A stretch of 64,000 bases of DNA, from assembly GCF_963921235.1 (NCBI RefSeq), contig NC_086097.1:99512001-99576000 (forward strand), given 5' to 3'. This DNA is from Mobula hypostoma. Its lineage: Eukaryota. Position 1 is the first letter of the stretch; each line of letters begins with the position of its first letter. A program made the translations under genes and the position numbers. Of this stretch, positions 62,512-64,000 are shown one piece after another. The notes under the pieces were generated by a model. It saw only the letters and a program-made list of their open reading frames with translations. It made no database searches and had not been told where the DNA came from.

Positions 62512-63292
62512 CTCAAAGTTCAAAGTAAAATTTATTATCAGAGTACATACATGTAACCTTGAGATTCTTTTTCTGCAGGCATACTTAGCAAATCACAGAA
62601 CAGAAACTCTAAACAGGATCAATGGACAGAAATACTATGCAAATGTAAATATAAATAAATAGCAATAAATAACAAGTATGAAACAACAAGCTAAAAGGGT
62701 CCTTAAATGAGTGTAGTTATCCCCTTTTGTTCAAGAGCCTGATGGTTGAGGGGTAATAACTGTTCTTGAACCTGGTGGTGTGAGTCCGGAGGCTCTTGTA
62801 CCTTCTTCCTTATGACAGCGGTGAGAAAGGGGCATGGCCTGGGTGGTAAGGACCTTGGATGATGGATGCTGCTTTTCTACGGCAATGTTTCATGTAGGTG
62901 TGCTCAGTGATTGGGAGGGTTTTACCCGTGATGTACTGGGTCAACTCCACTATCTTTTGTCGGATTTTACATTCAAAGGCATTGGTGTTCCCATACCAGG
63001 CCGTAATGCAGCCAGTCACCACACTTTCCACGACGCATCTATATAAGTTTGCCAAGGTTTTCGATGACATGCCAAACCTCCGCAGACTCCTGAGGAAGTA
63101 AAGGCGCTGTCGTGCTTTCTTCGCAACAATATTTATACGATGGGGCCAGGACACACAGGAATTTAAAGTTATTGACCCTCTCCACCTCTGGTCCTCCGAT
63201 GATTACTGGTTCATGAACCTCTGGTTTCCCTCTCCTTACATCTACAATCAATTCCTTGGTCACTGAGTGAGAGGTTATTGTTATTACACCAG
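62512..63292 (-). mobile_element. Rex1/Babar-type LINE 3' fragment
   Basis: ORF 62810-63154 (KKARQRLYFLRSLRRFG...YRCVVESVVTGCITAWYGN) and 63039-63296 (TKELIVD...VERVNNFKFL). Confidence 0.88.
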
Positions 63293-64000
63293 TCAATAGA
63301 CAATAGATGGAGGAGTAGGCTATTCAGCCCTTCGAGCCAGCACCGCCATTCACTATGATCACGGCTGATCATCCACAATCAGTACCCTTTTCCTGCCTTC
63401 TCCCCATATCCCTTCACTCCGCTATCTTTAAGAGCTCTATCCAACTCTTTCTTGAAAGAATCCAGAGAATTGGCCTCCACTGCCTTCTGAGGCAGAGCAT
63501 TCCACAGAACCACAACTCTCTGTGTGAAAAAGTTTTTCCTCAACTCCATTCTAAATTGTCTACCCCTTATTATTAAACTGTGGCCTCTGGTTCTGGACTC
63601 CCCCAACATCAGGAACATGTTTCCTGCCTCTAGTGTGTCCAATCCCTTAATAATCTTATATGTTTCAATCAGATCCCCTCTCATCCTTCTAAATTCCAGT
63701 GTATACAACCCCAGTCGCTCCAAACTTTCAACATATGACAGTTCTGCCATCCCAGGAATTGACCTTGTGAACCTATGCTGCACTCCCTCAGTAGTTAGAA
63801 TGTCCTTCCTCAAATCTGGAGACCAAAGCTGTACACAATACTCCAAGTGTGGTCTCACCAGGGCCCTGTACAACTGCAGAAGGACCTCTTTGCTCCTATA
63901 CTCAACTCCCTTTGTTATGAAGGCCAACATGACATTAGCTTTCTTCACTGCCTGCTGTACTTGCATGCTTATTTTCAGTGACTGATGAACAAGGACACCT
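63293..64000 (-). mobile_element. CR1 LINE 3' part, running off the window
   Basis: Open 195-aa ORF 63379-63966 with CR1 C-terminal motifs. Confidence 0.93.

Overview
Repeat-dense vertebrate genomic DNA. The CR1/HER1-type LINEs, HE1-like SINEs and Penelope-derived repeats suggest a cartilaginous fish, probably a ray (inference). The only host gene I can support is a minus-strand phospholipase C beta 2-like gene (PLCB2). Six coding exons (78, 78, 69, 141, 80 and 54 bp, between 45227 and 10029, all GT-AG) splice into a 166-codon PH-domain/EF-hand N-terminus; exon 7 was not found and probably lies left of the window. Its introns and upstream region hold a 7-bp (CACAGYA)n satellite with two same-phase insertions of one Tx1-clade LINE, which is the best candidate for an undescribed system (a satellite-targeting retrotransposon). 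Also present: a full-length but mutated CsRn1-lineage Gypsy element, an internally deleted Mag-like Gypsy element carrying an RTE and a SINE, nested CR1s, a rearranged L1, Rex/Babar fragments, a 14-bp satellite, 26-bp and 22-bp minisatellites, and an intact minimal hammerhead ribozyme motif in a Penelope-derived repeat. Family names come from recalled motifs, not database searches, and boundaries of degenerate repeats are approximate.
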